A stretch of 63,694 nt of DNA, counting the filler, from Octopus bimaculoides (lineage: Eukaryota), in the NCBI RefSeq assembly GCF_001194135.2. It is 5 parts of 5 records of this genome, joined end to end, with 100 filler letters (N's around TTAATTAATTAA, not from the genome) between each part and the next. Parts side by side here need not be neighbours in the genome. Positions count along the whole stretch, not along the records: positions 1 to 18,874 come from NC_068983.1; positions 18,975 to 34,756 come from NC_069001.1; 3 more parts are not named here. One strand, given 5' to 3'. Below the pieces are notes generated by a model. That model had not been told where the DNA came from. It ran no database searches and worked only from the letters and a program-made list of their open reading frames with translations. The translations under genes and the position numbers were made by a program. Shown piece after piece: positions 12,706-25,004 of the stretch; the first letter of the stretch is position 1; every line of letters starts with the position of its first letter.

Positions 12706-12712
<7 letters not shown>
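12146..12712. mobile_element. Fold-back (whole-length palindromic) non-autonomous DNA element, MITE-like, about 570 bp
   Basis: The left half is an imperfect reverse complement of the right half throughout, e.g. caatttgaaataaactgctctcttcgggtgcatacgaccatat vs atatggtcgtatgcacccgtagagagcggtttatttcaaattg. Loop about 12416-12436; TA at both ends. Confidence 0.85.
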
Positions 12713-12750
<38 letters not shown>

Positions 12751-13429
12751 TTATATCAAAATATATACATATGTATATCGAAATAAGCAACAGGACATCA
12801 AGTAGTGATACAGACGGCTCCATTTCATTGAATAATGCAATCATTACATCAATTTAAATCCACTGCTATCATCAGCTGCACAAATAAATCTTGTCCTTTA
12901 TCCTGAACAGACACAGTCCTCTAGTCTTAGATTTAGAAGTTAATAAAGAACTAAATGAATTAGAAATGAACCACAATCCTTTACAAGCTATGACTACAAT
13001 GGGCTTCATGTGATTCTTGGAAGTGTAGTCTATTCTTAGCTACAAGAGCGACAACATGGATTTTCCCATCTTGTTGCTTTGTTAAAGTATTTGGGAAAAA
13101 TTATATTAATGTGTCCAACTGTTCAAAATTCTTTTTACTTTTCTGTGCAGCTGATAATGGCACTACTTGATATCCTGTTGCTCCTTTTCATTTTATTCAC
13201 CTTACTTCGAGCTGTTCGAATAATATGGGATTGACTTGGTGCTTCACATTAAGTGCCTAATTCAACTAAATCTCAATTATTTCTTTTATATTTGACCAAA
13301 TTATACGCTGTTGTTATACATCGATGGTCACATTGCACTTGGCATAGTTTTAGCCTTTGAATGAAGGCACCGCACTGGCCAACATTCCTCCTGATATCGG
13401 AAGACAATTCTGTTGCAGCATTAACATTT

Positions 13430-13538
13430 AACAACTGAATAGATTGAAATGAAAGGCACAACTTGTCATACGGTTCGGGAATCGAACCCGAAATCTAGCA
13501 GTCGTAAGTACAACAACCTATTCACTACGCCACGCGCC
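13430..13538 (-). mobile_element. tRNA-derived SINE head (family C-like)
   Basis: Minus strand ggcgcgtggcgtagtgaatagg...gggttcgattcccgaacc shows A-box and B-box; no tRNA 3' end. Confidence 0.7.
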
Positions 13539-14180
13539 TTCACGAGCACACATATATACACATATATGTGTGTGTGTATGTGTAAATGTATATATATATA
13601 TATATATNNNNNNNNNNNNNNNNNNNNNNNNNNNNNNNNNNNNNNNNNNNNNNNNNNNNNNNNNNNNNNNNNNNNNNNNNNNNNNNNNNNNNNNNNNNNN
13701 NNNNNNNNNNNNNNNNNNNNNNNNNNNNNNNNNNNNNNNNNNNNNNNNNNNNNNNNNNNNNNNNNNNNNNNNNNNNNNNNNNNNNNNNNNNNNNNNNNNN
13801 NNNNNNNNNNNNNNNNNNNNNNNNNNNNNNNNNNNNNNNNNNNNNNNNNNNNNNNNNNNNNNNNNNNNNNNNNNNNNNNNNNNNNNNNNNNNNNNNNNNN
13901 NNNNNNNNNNNNNNNNNNNNNNNNNNNNNNNNNNNNNNNNNNNNNNNNNNNNNNNNNNNNNNNNNNNNNNNNNNNNNNNNNNNNNNNNNNNNNNNNNNNN
14001 NNNNNNNNNNNNNNNNNNNNNNNNNNNNNNNNNNNNNNNNNNNNNNNNNNNNNNNNNNNNNNNNNNNNNNNNNNNNNNNNNNNNNNNNNNNNNNNNNNNN
14101 NNNNNNNNNNNNNNNNNNNNNNNNNNNNNNNNNNNNNNNNNNNNNNNNNNNNNNNNNNNNNNNNNNNNNNNNNNNNNNNN

Positions 14181-14214
<34 letters not shown>

Positions 14215-15234
14215 CGAGAGTTGGAGATAGAGAAAGAGAGAAATCTTGTGAGAGACAGAAAGAGAGAGACAAAGTAATATATACAACCATAAGGAATGTT
14301 TCAGAAAAGTTCCCATCTACAAAAAAATGGACAACACACGAGGTACACCAAGAAAAATACTCACACATGATTTACACGGATTCGAATTTGCAACGATGTA
14401 GTCACAAGCTACCTTCATCTACACTCATCCATAACGATATCGACATTTATGCCCCATTTTCAGTGTATAATCATAAAAATCCGCTGTGTATGATTTAGTA
14501 TCATTGATCATTCATGGCTTTGTTGCTTGAGGAGCAAATGCTTAGCAGAAGAAATCATGATTACCGCTGCTCTGTCATTAGTATTTAATTCCGATGCTGT
14601 TATTGCTTTGATGTTATTCCCGATTAGACTTACATTTTTACTGTAATATATAATCTCTTCTGTCTGATTTAGCACAGTATTATATTAGATAATGGCATAT
14701 TAATAATTTTTGAATTATCATGAATGTCATTTTTTTCTACTGTACACATTCTTAGTGTTCGGTAGTTGAAAGTGATGTGCACAACATTATTACGAATCTG
14801 TTGAACCTATTATGATGATTGCATTTTTAAAATATCAATTTTGACTCAGGTGTTTCTTATTTTCGCAAATGTGATCTCATTTTTTCTCTTCAGATACACT
14901 TCGAAGACATGTATGACATGTTTCTGACAGCCTACCATCAATTTGTAACAGTTTCGAATCTTTAATCACTGTTTTTCTAAATCAGTAGAGGTTAAATTTG
15001 TTTAAGTATCAGGTTGTTAGAGGTTGCTTGTTACTGTTGATGCGCAAATACGCAGAAATCCAGATTTAGCAATTCCACCATCACTACTGTATAATTTTCA
15101 CCACTGGATGGTTTTGCTGCTGATATTATCCTATGCTTTTTAGGATCCTACGTCTATGTCAGACGTATGCCATGGCCGTGTGCTGCTCTAAAGTAGTACT
15201 ACATTAGGAAGGATAAAGAGAATACTATTCTTGG

Positions 15235-15415
15235 TGCATACTAGATAGAGCTATACGTAAAACTCGACAGAAACCTAAATCTAAAGATAAATTATTTCGA
15301 TTGTTGCATGAAAAGTGGGCAGAAATTCCGCAAGAGACGATCACAATACTCATCAGTTCAACGCTAAATAGAGTTTCTGAATTAAATACTGCAAAGGGAA
15401 TATCAACTAAATAAT
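15235..15415 (+). mobile_element. Tc1 transposase C-terminal relic
   Basis: LDRAIRKTRQKPKSKDKLFRLLHEKWAEIPQETITILISSTLNRVSELNTAKGISTK* matches the Tc1 ending (W..IP..TI..L..SM..R..AVI.AKG..TKY). Confidence 0.75.
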
Positions 15416-16189
15416 AAATTATGTAGTCCTACATATCGATTACATTTGAATTGTTCGCTTTGCGTATTAAATAAACGATTTTGAAAATTATTTATTTCCA
15501 GCATGTCTGTGTATATTCATTGCTAGAAATAATTAAAATGTAAATCTATCAGGTTGTTGAAACTATTAAAAATGTGTTACATATTATGAAAGAGTAAATT
15601 GAACATATACGAAAGGAAAGAAATAGTATTTGAACAATATTTGGTGATGTGTAATAACAAGAACATCCTTTCTTGGTGTGCATCCATAATTTAAAATAAA
15701 TAACTTTACTTGCATGTCGTGTTCAGGCTTTCAAGATTCAAAATAATGCAAAAACGAACTAGTGTCAATACGTAACAAAATTATACCAAAACAATCCAGT
15801 TTTGGTAAGTACCGAAAGAAATATGATAATTAGAAAAAGCCCAAAGTGACTTTGCATAGAGTTATATTATTCTTCATAGAAAATGAAATTATATTTAAAC
15901 AATAATAATGATTTCAAAAGTAATTGTAATGCTAAATTTGGAGATTTCTTATGCGCATGTTCACGTGAATGGTTGAAATCTCAGTACAACTAACTGAAAA
16001 TTTGACTAATCATAATATATTTTACCAGTCACATGAGTGGACGCTGAAATAATTAACCATTATAACAGTCACTATTTATATTATTTACATTGGCGGATAA
16101 TTTTCCTCATCTTGTTTGATGTTAACACAACGTTTTGGACCGGGGTTCTCATTCCTAAGGTATTTTTCGATGCTATTTTCCTTCTTATT

Positions 16190-16270
16190 ATACAGATCAC
16201 TGCCTGGAATCGAACTTCGAATCTTGGGGTTAGTAGCCCGCGCTCTTAAACACTACGCCATATACCAGTG
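16190..16270 (-). mobile_element. tRNA-like SINE head adjoining Penelope sequence
   Basis: Minus strand tggcgtagtgtttaagagcgcgggctactaaccccaagattcgaagttcgattccaggcagtgatc contains A and B boxes. Confidence 0.65.
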
Positions 16271-16392
16271 GGCAATTAGAGAGTGAATTTTAGGGCTTAT
16301 AAACCTAATATTTTCCTATCCTTCCTTAAAACCAGTTCCCATATGCTACACATATATTCACTGTGTCTGCTTAGAGCGTATTAATAATACGC

Positions 16393-16715
16393 ACCAAGTA
16401 TGGATTCCTTACATCCGTATACCGCAAGCCGACCTTTACTGGACGATACCTCAATGTCAATTCCCACCATCCATACAGTGTAAAGAGAGGGATTTCTCAG
16501 TGCCTAAAACATCGGGCAAAGAATATAAGCAGCAATCCTGAGATACACCACGAAGAAATGATCAAGCTCAATAATGATCTATTAAGCAACAACCACCCCC
16601 AAAACATACTGTTCACTCCAATATGAAGAAAAGAGAGTATGGAACCAATAAACTGTCCATAGTCTGTCTACTCTATGTGAAAAGTCTCTCCGAAAAGATA
16701 TAAAAGATATGCTTT
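16393..16715 (+). mobile_element. Penelope-like element, RT thumb/linker fragment
   Basis: TKYGFLTSVYRKPTFTGRYLNVNSHHPYSVKRGISQCLKHRAKNISSNPEIHHEEMIKLNNDLLSNNHP. VYRKPT..G.YLN..SHHP is characteristic of Penelope RTs. Confidence 0.85.
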
Positions 16716-17249
16716 TGTTCCTATTGCTCTATGTTACAGTGATTTCAATCATCCTGATATTAACATCACCTTCCATCCCTCTGGCATTTATGGAATATTG
16801 GATTGGTCAAATACTGTATCAAAGTAATCGTCTCATTCCGTCGCACTCGAAACCTTCTTGTCTTGCACATGAACGAAAATCCTTTGAATATTGTTTTACA
16901 TTTGATAATCATTATTACCGAATAGGATCTCAAGTATCAAATTCGTGAAAGGAATTTTTCTACCACTTTCAAGAAGTGGGCCTTATTTGATTTATACCCT
17001 GCACTTAGAAATTAAGTATTAAATAAATCGTTTCAAGTAAATTACAAATTCTGTCTCTCACGCTTGTACAGAAGTCATAATTTGCAGTGAACCCTAATTT
17101 ATTTAACCATCCCGCTACACTTTCACCCATTTAATTATTCTCCGTTATTTATACATCATGTGGAATTTATTATCATTAAAATTGCATGGGTAGAAATGGT
17201 AGAGCAACATAGAAAACTATATTATATTTTTTATTATTGGCTTTTAAAT

Positions 17250-17400
17250 TTTAATCCTATTCACATTGATTTTTGCCTTTCAGCTTTCGGGGTTGAGTAC
17301 AAAAAAGTGCAAGTCAACCCGTAGATCAATTCAATTAATTTTCCTCCCCTAAAATATGTGGCATTCGGCCTGCATTAAAAATCAATTTTTTTTTTATGTC
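17250..17400 (+). mobile_element. Highly degenerate SINE family B copy
   Basis: tttgcctttcagctttcggggttgagtac ... cctcccctaaaatatgtggcatt. Confidence 0.5.
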
Positions 17401-18987
17401 ATTAATAATTTATGTCTATAACACTTTGCATTTCCGATGACATCAGTTTTAAAGAAAGATAATTGTTGTATTTATTATGACATTAAGTACACTAAATAAT
17501 GAAGCGGACAAGTTTGGTGTTCATCAATACTCCGAAGAAAAACAAATCATAAGATGTACGCTGTTTCTTCTCTATATTTGTCCTATCATATCACTTTTAT
17601 TTTATCTGTAACTTTCCAAGCTACTATGATAAATGGTCTGGCAATGTTAATGAAGACAACCGATACAAAAATGGAATATTCAAGACATGAGCAGTCACCA
17701 TTTCCATTAAAGTACACACTATTGGAATTTATAACATTTAGAATATGTAATACACTATCTGTCATTAATGAATGCTCTAAAATCTAGAAAGTGGTTAATA
17801 TGTGAAATTAAAGCAAAAGGCCAAGGTTATTAATGTTCAAGCCGCAACATTGTTCACGTTCGACACTACGTAACATTGAATAAATTTAATTATTTTCAAT
17901 GCATTAAAATATGTAAACGCTTCAGTTATCACGTCACTGATGCTCTAGACATAATTATAGATTTCACACGTTCCGAATGACCTGACACGAACAATATAAT
18001 ATTCGTCTAGATAATTTATAACTCTAGTTCCACACCTCCGATTCAGAATAAGGTCGAAATTGTGTAGTCTGCAGTTTGTCATCAAACACGATATTTTTGA
18101 TAGAGTGATGCAGTAATCATAAAAATATTAAAAGTTATTATTCTCTATATAATAATATCATAAAGAAATATTGTGGAGTACAATGATTATGATTTTTGTA
18201 ATATTCAGTTTCTGTTGAAAATTTACTATGGGTTTGTATTAGAATGGAGTGTACAGACAATACAAGCACCCTATTTGATTTTTCTCACCTTCCACATGAA
18301 CGAATCAGTAACCTCTAATATACTGCCAGTATTAAGTGAGTGCTGGTATATTCGAGTGATTTCATATATTTAGTAAAGGGTAAACTATGAGATATGTTAC
18401 CAGCAAATTTAATTCATTGACTGCAAACAAAGTTAGGTGAAAATTTAGTAGAACTTGCATAATTCACGGCCTGCAGTTAAAGAAGACGAAATTAATTACT
18501 CAATGTACGACTTAAAGACCAAATAAAAATGCGTTAATGGCTTTATCTTGTGTTCTTTCAATTTTGAAAATTTAGCTTACAATCAAAGCCTTAGGAAAGA
18601 GATCAAAGCCATATAAATTATCGACGAAGTCTACGTTGTACTGAAATCGTTTGATTGCTTTGTATTGGAATTTGTGAATACGAGAGGAGGCAAAAAATGT
18701 TGAGAAGGTAAACGTCTACCCAAATAATATGAATAGAATGGTTCATGCTTATATCATATTAAATTAAATTATTTCTCACCGGATCTACTAAATCGAAATA
18801 CAGCCGAGGTTTAACAATGTTCTAATTTCGAGAAAGTTTATTAGAATATTATCGAAATTCTGCATACGACTATANNNNNNNNNNNNNNNNNNNNNNNNNN
18901 NNNNNNNNNNNNNNNNNNTTAATTAATTAANNNNNNNNNNNNNNNNNNNNNNNNNNNNNNNNNNNNNNNNNNNNTATATATATATCC

Positions 18988-19132
18988 TTTTATTCTTTTA
19001 TTTGTTTCAGTCATTAGACTGCGGCCATGCCGTGAGACCGCCTAACAGAAATTTTTAGTCAAATGACTCGGCCCCCGTACTTATTTTGCAAAGTCTGATA
19101 CTTATTCTATTACCTCTTTTGCCAAACCGCTA
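18988..19132 (-). mobile_element. SINE family A 3' fragment
   Basis: tttgtttcagtcattagactgcggccatgc ... cttttgccaaaccgctaa. Confidence 0.75.
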
Positions 19133-19135
<3 letters not shown>

Positions 19136-19194
<59 letters not shown>

Positions 19195-19197
19195 ATG

Positions 19198-19252
<55 letters not shown>

Positions 19253-19267
19253 GTCTGTCTATCTATC
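19136..19267. repeat. (TCTA)n microsatellite
   Basis: Visible tandem tcta units. Confidence 0.95.
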
Positions 19268-20550
19268 TGTTATATCCTTAAGTCTCCAGCATCATAGTAT
19301 GGTTGACGTTTGATAAAGAATAAACTGTAACAGTGTTACAAGAATACAAAATTGAAACAGCAGCAGTAACAAACATGCAACGAACCAACAATCTTTTACG
19401 AACCAACAATCAACATTTCCAACACACTAACTCGAACTGTAAAATGGACTTCGAAGACCAAACTATGAACTGTTGGCTATGTCAGACCACTACTATTTAC
19501 ATGTGGTAGCCCCATCTATTCCCGTCAGAGCGTGTCGTACGCGCGCCAAAACATCCCCGCTATTGAGATTTCGATTTCCAAAGGAATAAAGAAATTTATC
19601 AATGATATTAATATGCCACTTTGTTCTTTTTGTACGTACCTGTCGTATGTATCACACTTACCTGAAAGAAGAATTGAGTGGCAAAGAGAGAGAGAGGAGC
19701 ATAGAGAGGAAGTAAGAGAGAAAGAGAGAGTGATAAAAAGAGAGAGCGAAAGAGACAGTGAGTGGTAACGGCGCTTGTTTTGTTTTTAAATGAAAAGTAG
19801 ATACATAGATACATACACACATCGTTAAATTAAAAGCGGGAGAGAGGAGGGACACGCAGGAAGTGAAAGAGAAAGAGAAGGTGACAGAGACAGTAGATAC
19901 ATGAATCCAAAGAAAAGTTGATACATAGATATATAGAGACACAAATATTGGATGCCACTTTCACTTTTCATTACCCCACGAGGATATAGTTAACTCGAAG
20001 TGGTTGAATACTTCATGGACTTGCATATCATTAACAGAGTTCTCAGAGAGATTCAGCCTCACATAGCTCTCCGTTCTTCGGTATGTCTCTTCAGTAGGTG
20101 ATTTATCTGAGTCTTATGTTCCCAGCGTTTTTGTTGTAATATCTGCTTCTGCAACTCCTGTAGTTGTTCCTGTTGCTGTATTACTGCAGCTGATAGGTTC
20201 TCGATAATTTAATATGTGGTCTGGCGCACAAATTGTCAAATAACCTACGTGAGCTTCGAAAACTCCTCGTCGCCAGATGTTATATCCTTACGCCTCCAAT
20301 ATCGGTTGGTATTGTCGACGATAGATAAAGAATACACTGTAATAGTGTAATAAGAATACAAAATAGAAGAAGCAGCAGTAACAAACATACAACGAACCAA
20401 CAATGAATATGTTTTATGAACCAACAATGAATATTTCCAACACACTAACTCGAACTGTGCCTGAACTTCGAAGACGAAACTATGAACTGCCGACTACGTC
20501 AGACCGCTATCCCGTCTATTCTCGTCAGAAAGCGTCGTACTCAAGCGACA
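19268..20550 (-). mobile_element. Miniature or internally deleted LTR retrotransposon (Gypsy-like): 5' LTR 20550-20278, 3' LTR 19553-19268
   Basis: Two diverged direct repeats of 273 and 286 bp, each TGT...ACA on the minus strand. PBS TGGCGACGAGG at 20275-20265, 2 nt after the 5' LTR. Gag-like coiled coil IIENLSAAVIQQQEQLQELQKQILQQK downstream of the PBS. Short purine tract agcgggga directly before the 3' LTR. No TSD visible because both flanks are microsatellites. Confidence 0.72.
19656..19790 (-). promoter_or_regulatory. Perfect splice donor (CAG|GTAAGT) preceded by a long AG-free pyrimidine tract
   Basis: Minus strand ...ctctctctctttgccactcaattcttctttcag|gtaagtgtg, junction 19662/19661. 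No AG for about 110 nt upstream. Confidence 0.5.
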
Positions 20551-20604
20551 ACACACACACACATAGTCTGCCCCCCTCTCTCTCAATGTATATATATTAT
20601 ACTA

Positions 20605-20750
20605 TAGGCTTAGTTCAGTTTCCGTCTACCAAATCCATTCTCAGGCTTTTGTCGACCCGAGGCTGTAGTAGAAGACATTTGGTCTAGGTTCCTCGCAGTG
20701 TGACTGAACCTGGAACCATGTGGTTGGGAAGCAAGCTTCTTGCCACAATC
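20605..20750 (-). mobile_element. SINE family A 5' half
   Basis: cagtttccgtctaccaaatcc ... tagtagaagac ... gactgaacctggaaccatgtggttgggaagcaagc. Confidence 0.8.
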
Positions 20751-22181
20751 CACGTTCATACGGAGATTACACCTTTCACTGGTTCCTCTGCGTCTAAATG
20801 TTTTGTGGTACTCATTAGATTTCACATAATTATGTCTTTCAGTGGCCCAATAGCCTAAGGACAATTAAGCCAGTCTCTAATATATACCTAAATCGCTGTA
20901 TAGATCCGTCTATCAAATCTATATTCAATATCATTATGAAAAGCCGTTGAATGTAATGTACTACTATGTACACTTAACGTCATTGGTATACCTACCATGA
21001 CATCTCCATTTCTTTGAGTTCATTATACAGTTTTATTAATCGATTGATTAATCAACTGAAATGATAGGGAACCACGCTCACGGTGTTATCTTCATCAGAG
21101 CCAAAATAAATCAACTGCCAAAGAAAAAGAAGAAAAGAAAACAAAGAGGATGGTATTTCTTCAGTGTGCCATTTCTATTTCTATAGAACTAAGTCGCCTT
21201 TTTTTAATCATAGTGTTCTCTCTTAGCACGGGTTAATAGTATTGACATCCAGTACAGAAATTTGATACCCCACACCCGTGTAATGGCCAGTGGTAGGTTT
21301 TCGGTGTGTACTTCCATATTTGGTGTGTACTTATACGCACACACACACACACNNNNNNNNNNNNNNNNNNNNNNNNNNNNNNNNNNNNNNNNNNNNNNNN
21401 NNNNNNNNNNNNNNNNNNNNNNNNNNNNNNNNNNNNNNNNNNNNNNNNNNNNNNNNNNNNNNNNNNNNNNNNNNNNNNNNNNNNNNNNNNNNNNNNNNNN
21501 NNNNNNNNNNNNNNNNNNNNNNNNNNNNNNNNNNNNNNNNNNNNNNNNNNNNNNNNNNNNNNNNNNNNNNNNNNNNNNNNNNNNNNNNNNNNNNNNNNNN
21601 NNNNNNNNNNNNNNNNNNNNNNNNNNNNNNNNNNNNNNNNNNNNNNNNNNNNNNNNNNNNNNNNNNNNNNNNNNNNNNNNNNNNNNNNNNNNNNNNNNNN
21701 NNNNNNNNNNNNNNNNNNNNNNNNNNNNNNNNNNNNNNNNNNNNNNNNNNNNNNNNNNNNNNNNNNNNNNNNNNNNNNNNNNNNNNNNNNNNNNNNNNNN
21801 NNNNNNNNNNNNNNNNNNNNNNNNNNNNNNNNNNNNNNNNNNNNNNNNNNNNNNNNNNNNNNNNNNNNNNNNNNNNNNNNNNNNNNNNNNNNNNNNNNNN
21901 NNNNNNNNNNNNNNNNNNNNNNNNNNNNNNNNNNNNNNNNNNNNNNNNNNNNNNNNNNNNNNNNNNNNNNNNNNNNNNNNNNNNNCCTTCTTCAGCGTAC
22001 GACAATCGCCGACCTTCGATGCAAAAGGCATCCCTTGGCAAATATATATAAGTTTTTCCAGTGAAATTATTCACTGATATCGAAAAACTGAAAACAAGCA
22101 ATGTTAAATCTCTGAACGAGGTATTAACAGTAACTGCACGATAAAGTGAAGTATATTTGCCACTTAAATGTGGCTGACCCC

Positions 22182-22264
22182 GAGGGGTGGATGTTACTGT
22201 TGCTTTTAGCCCCAGGAGGACATCTCCTCCAGCTGGCTATCGACACACTTCTGTGTCCTGTCTG
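22182..22264 (-). repeat. Interspersed repeat family D (also at 58861 and 59211), probably a LINE/SINE 3' end
   Basis: ggggtggatgttactgttgcttttagccccaggaggacatctcctccagctggc shared by three loci; orientation inferred from the (GAG)n tail next to the 58861 copy. Confidence 0.7.
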
Positions 22265-22318
<54 letters not shown>

Positions 22319-24441
22319 CGTATCACTTGAATGCTGAAATGTTCGGTGGTTCCCCCGCGTCTAAATGTCTTGTGATATCATGATATTTTACCCAACTAAG
22401 TCATTCAAAATCAAATCGTGCAGAAAGTATTGGGATTTGTGAATTACTGAAGATACACAATGTTCAGGAGGTATGCTCGATTATAGTGTTCGTAATATAA
22501 CATTCGATCGAAATTGTTTTTCAGCTTGAAATTTTGATGAACGCAACTTCCCGAGAAGGTGTGCTAGTTACGTGATTGTTAAACTTTTGAGATATTGCTC
22601 AATGTCTTCTAATGTGAGTTATTTTATCTTGTTGACACAATGTAACAATTTGAACTCAACTGTATAACCCAACGGATGTGTCTGTCACTTAGATATTAAT
22701 AACATTGCTGTTGTTATTGATGTAACTGTAATTGTAGTTGTTTCGTCTTAGGCTGATCTATTTCAGAATCATTTCAGCTACATTCATACAGTTTTTTCTT
22801 CCAGGCATACTGAAACGTAGATTGCATGAGATTATTACATTTTTATGAAGGTAAGGTTTGATTTGAAAAAAATGTGGCTGCTGTTTCAAGCTGGTCATGA
22901 GGCCATATATTGATTCTGTCATTGGTTTGTGAGCTAACGTTGTTATTAATCAGGCAGAGCCTCCTCAATGCTGTCAATATTTTGAGCTAAGTAGAAGAAG
23001 CCGAAGCAAATATTATAGTTGTACTGAAAGAGTTGGAACTGCTTGCAAAAAGTCAGTTATTTCGATATTTCACCGATTATGGTTTCCATTTCGTTATGGA
23101 ATATTAAAAAAAAAACCCGTTCGACACATCGCTTAACAGCCTAAACATTTTTTCTCAAGAATTTAAATTCGTTTATTTTTTGTTGACTTTTTTAATGACG
23201 CCCATTTTCTACTGTTTGGCGCCTAAAATCTGATGAAAAAAAAACCAATGCACAAAGCCAACGTACAAAGAATACTGGGTTATGAGATATAAAAGAATTC
23301 AAGTATTTATTTTGTTTTATCATCGAACTGTTTATTTTTTAAACTTCGTTATTTTTTTTTAATCGTTTATTTTATATTTCTGTTATTACTTAGAACCCAA
23401 CAACATACCAACAATTGCTGAACGCAAACAGCACCACATCTACCCCATCTCCACCGTGTAATAGTATCGATCAAAATCTCTTTTAATGTAGAAAATAATT
23501 AATGAAAAAAATAAACAAACAAAAAAGAAACAAAACATATTTTGCACTGCTGGATATAATCTGCTTTCAAACGATTAAAAACTATGATTTTTAATTACTA
23601 AAAAAGATAAAGAAGAGAAGGTTAAAAATCTGTATCATCATTATCATCGACGTAGGCATCATCATCATCAGTATCATCATGATTATTATAGACACATTAA
23701 AAACATCTTCGATAATATCATTAACATCATCATTATCGTTAATGATCTTCTAACCTTATACGGTATATTCGTTCATTCTCATGTTTATACATATATACTC
23801 ACATCCATACTCACACGCGCATCCACACATATATACTTGCATGTATGCGTGCTTTTGTGTACAAGTGTGTTTCTTTATGTGCGTATATATTTGTATACAT
23901 ATGCATATGCGTGTAGTTCTGTGTGAATATACCTACATATTAACATGTATGTGTGTGTGTATGTCTGTATGTATGTGTGCGTGTGTGTGCATGTATGTAT
24001 GTAAGTATATGATGGTGAACAAATCTCCTACATCACAATGGATGGCCTCAGCAAAAAAAAAATATCGTATACGCTCAAACGAAACCGATAAGAAAAATCA
24101 CTTTTATCTTATGCATTAATAAACAATGCGTAGGCTATTAATTGTAATAAACAATGAAAAGCATTGTATGTCTAGCTGATGTTGATCGTCTATTGAAGGA
24201 TAGGTCACAAGATCAAACCGCCTGGTATTCATTGAGATTTAAGTAGGTCATATTAATAAAACTTTATAAATCTTAACTGATTTATTAAGTGTAGAGTCGG
24301 TTTCTCTAGATCATGATTCCCCAGATTTCCATTTAAATGTGATTTTAGAAAAAAAATATGCCTTTACTAATATGGGCTTTTCAATTACAGCTTTGCATGC
24401 CTGTGTATGCATGTGTTGGTGTGTGTGAGTGAGAGAAAGAC

Positions 24442-24444
<3 letters not shown>

Positions 24445-24492
<48 letters not shown>
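24445..24492. repeat. (GA)n microsatellite
   Basis: Visible tandem ga units. Confidence 0.95.
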
Positions 24493-24495
<3 letters not shown>

Positions 24496-24961
24496 TAAGT
24501 AAACTGAGAGAGGGAAAGGGGTGTGAGAGAGACAAATGTTGAGTGTACAAAAGAGGACAAACAAATGCGGATGCATGAAATTTACGCTCTTTTCAAATTT
24601 GAAGCTCAAGCTTCATGGCTTTACATTTCAAAGAACCGACTAGTGAACCCACATCTTCGAATATATCAATATATATATTTACATGCACATACGTGTATAA
24701 GATTGTATTTATAATCTGATCTATTTAACCTACCCCACTGTGATAGGTTAAATATACTCTCTCTCACACACACATAACAATATACTCTCCCACACACATA
24801 CTTAACACGTTTTAAGAAGAATCAGGTTTTAAGGGTGCTTTTCGTCACCATGTTGACCAAGACTGGATTTCTTACTCCCATTAGCAAAGAGGTTATATGC
24901 CTCCGACCATTAGCTCTGTCGAGTTGCCTATATTGCTAAGCGCAATAATAGATGTATATAC

Positions 24962-25004
<43 letters not shown>

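Noticed and set aside
13465-13538. tRNA genes (also 16190, 49430, 62179)
   Set aside because: A/B boxes are present, but there is no complete cloverleaf and the sequence continues into repeat bodies; these are SINE heads.
13449-14498. Long ORFs in the track spanning N-runs (also 21204-22101, 55021-55852, 59870-61011 and others)
   Set aside because: They stay open only because N codons contain no stops.
18919-18930. ttaattaattaa island inside N-runs (also 34801-34812, 52552-52563, 62106-62117)
   Set aside because: An identical 12-mer embedded in gaps with stops in all frames is an assembly or scaffolding spacer, not biology.
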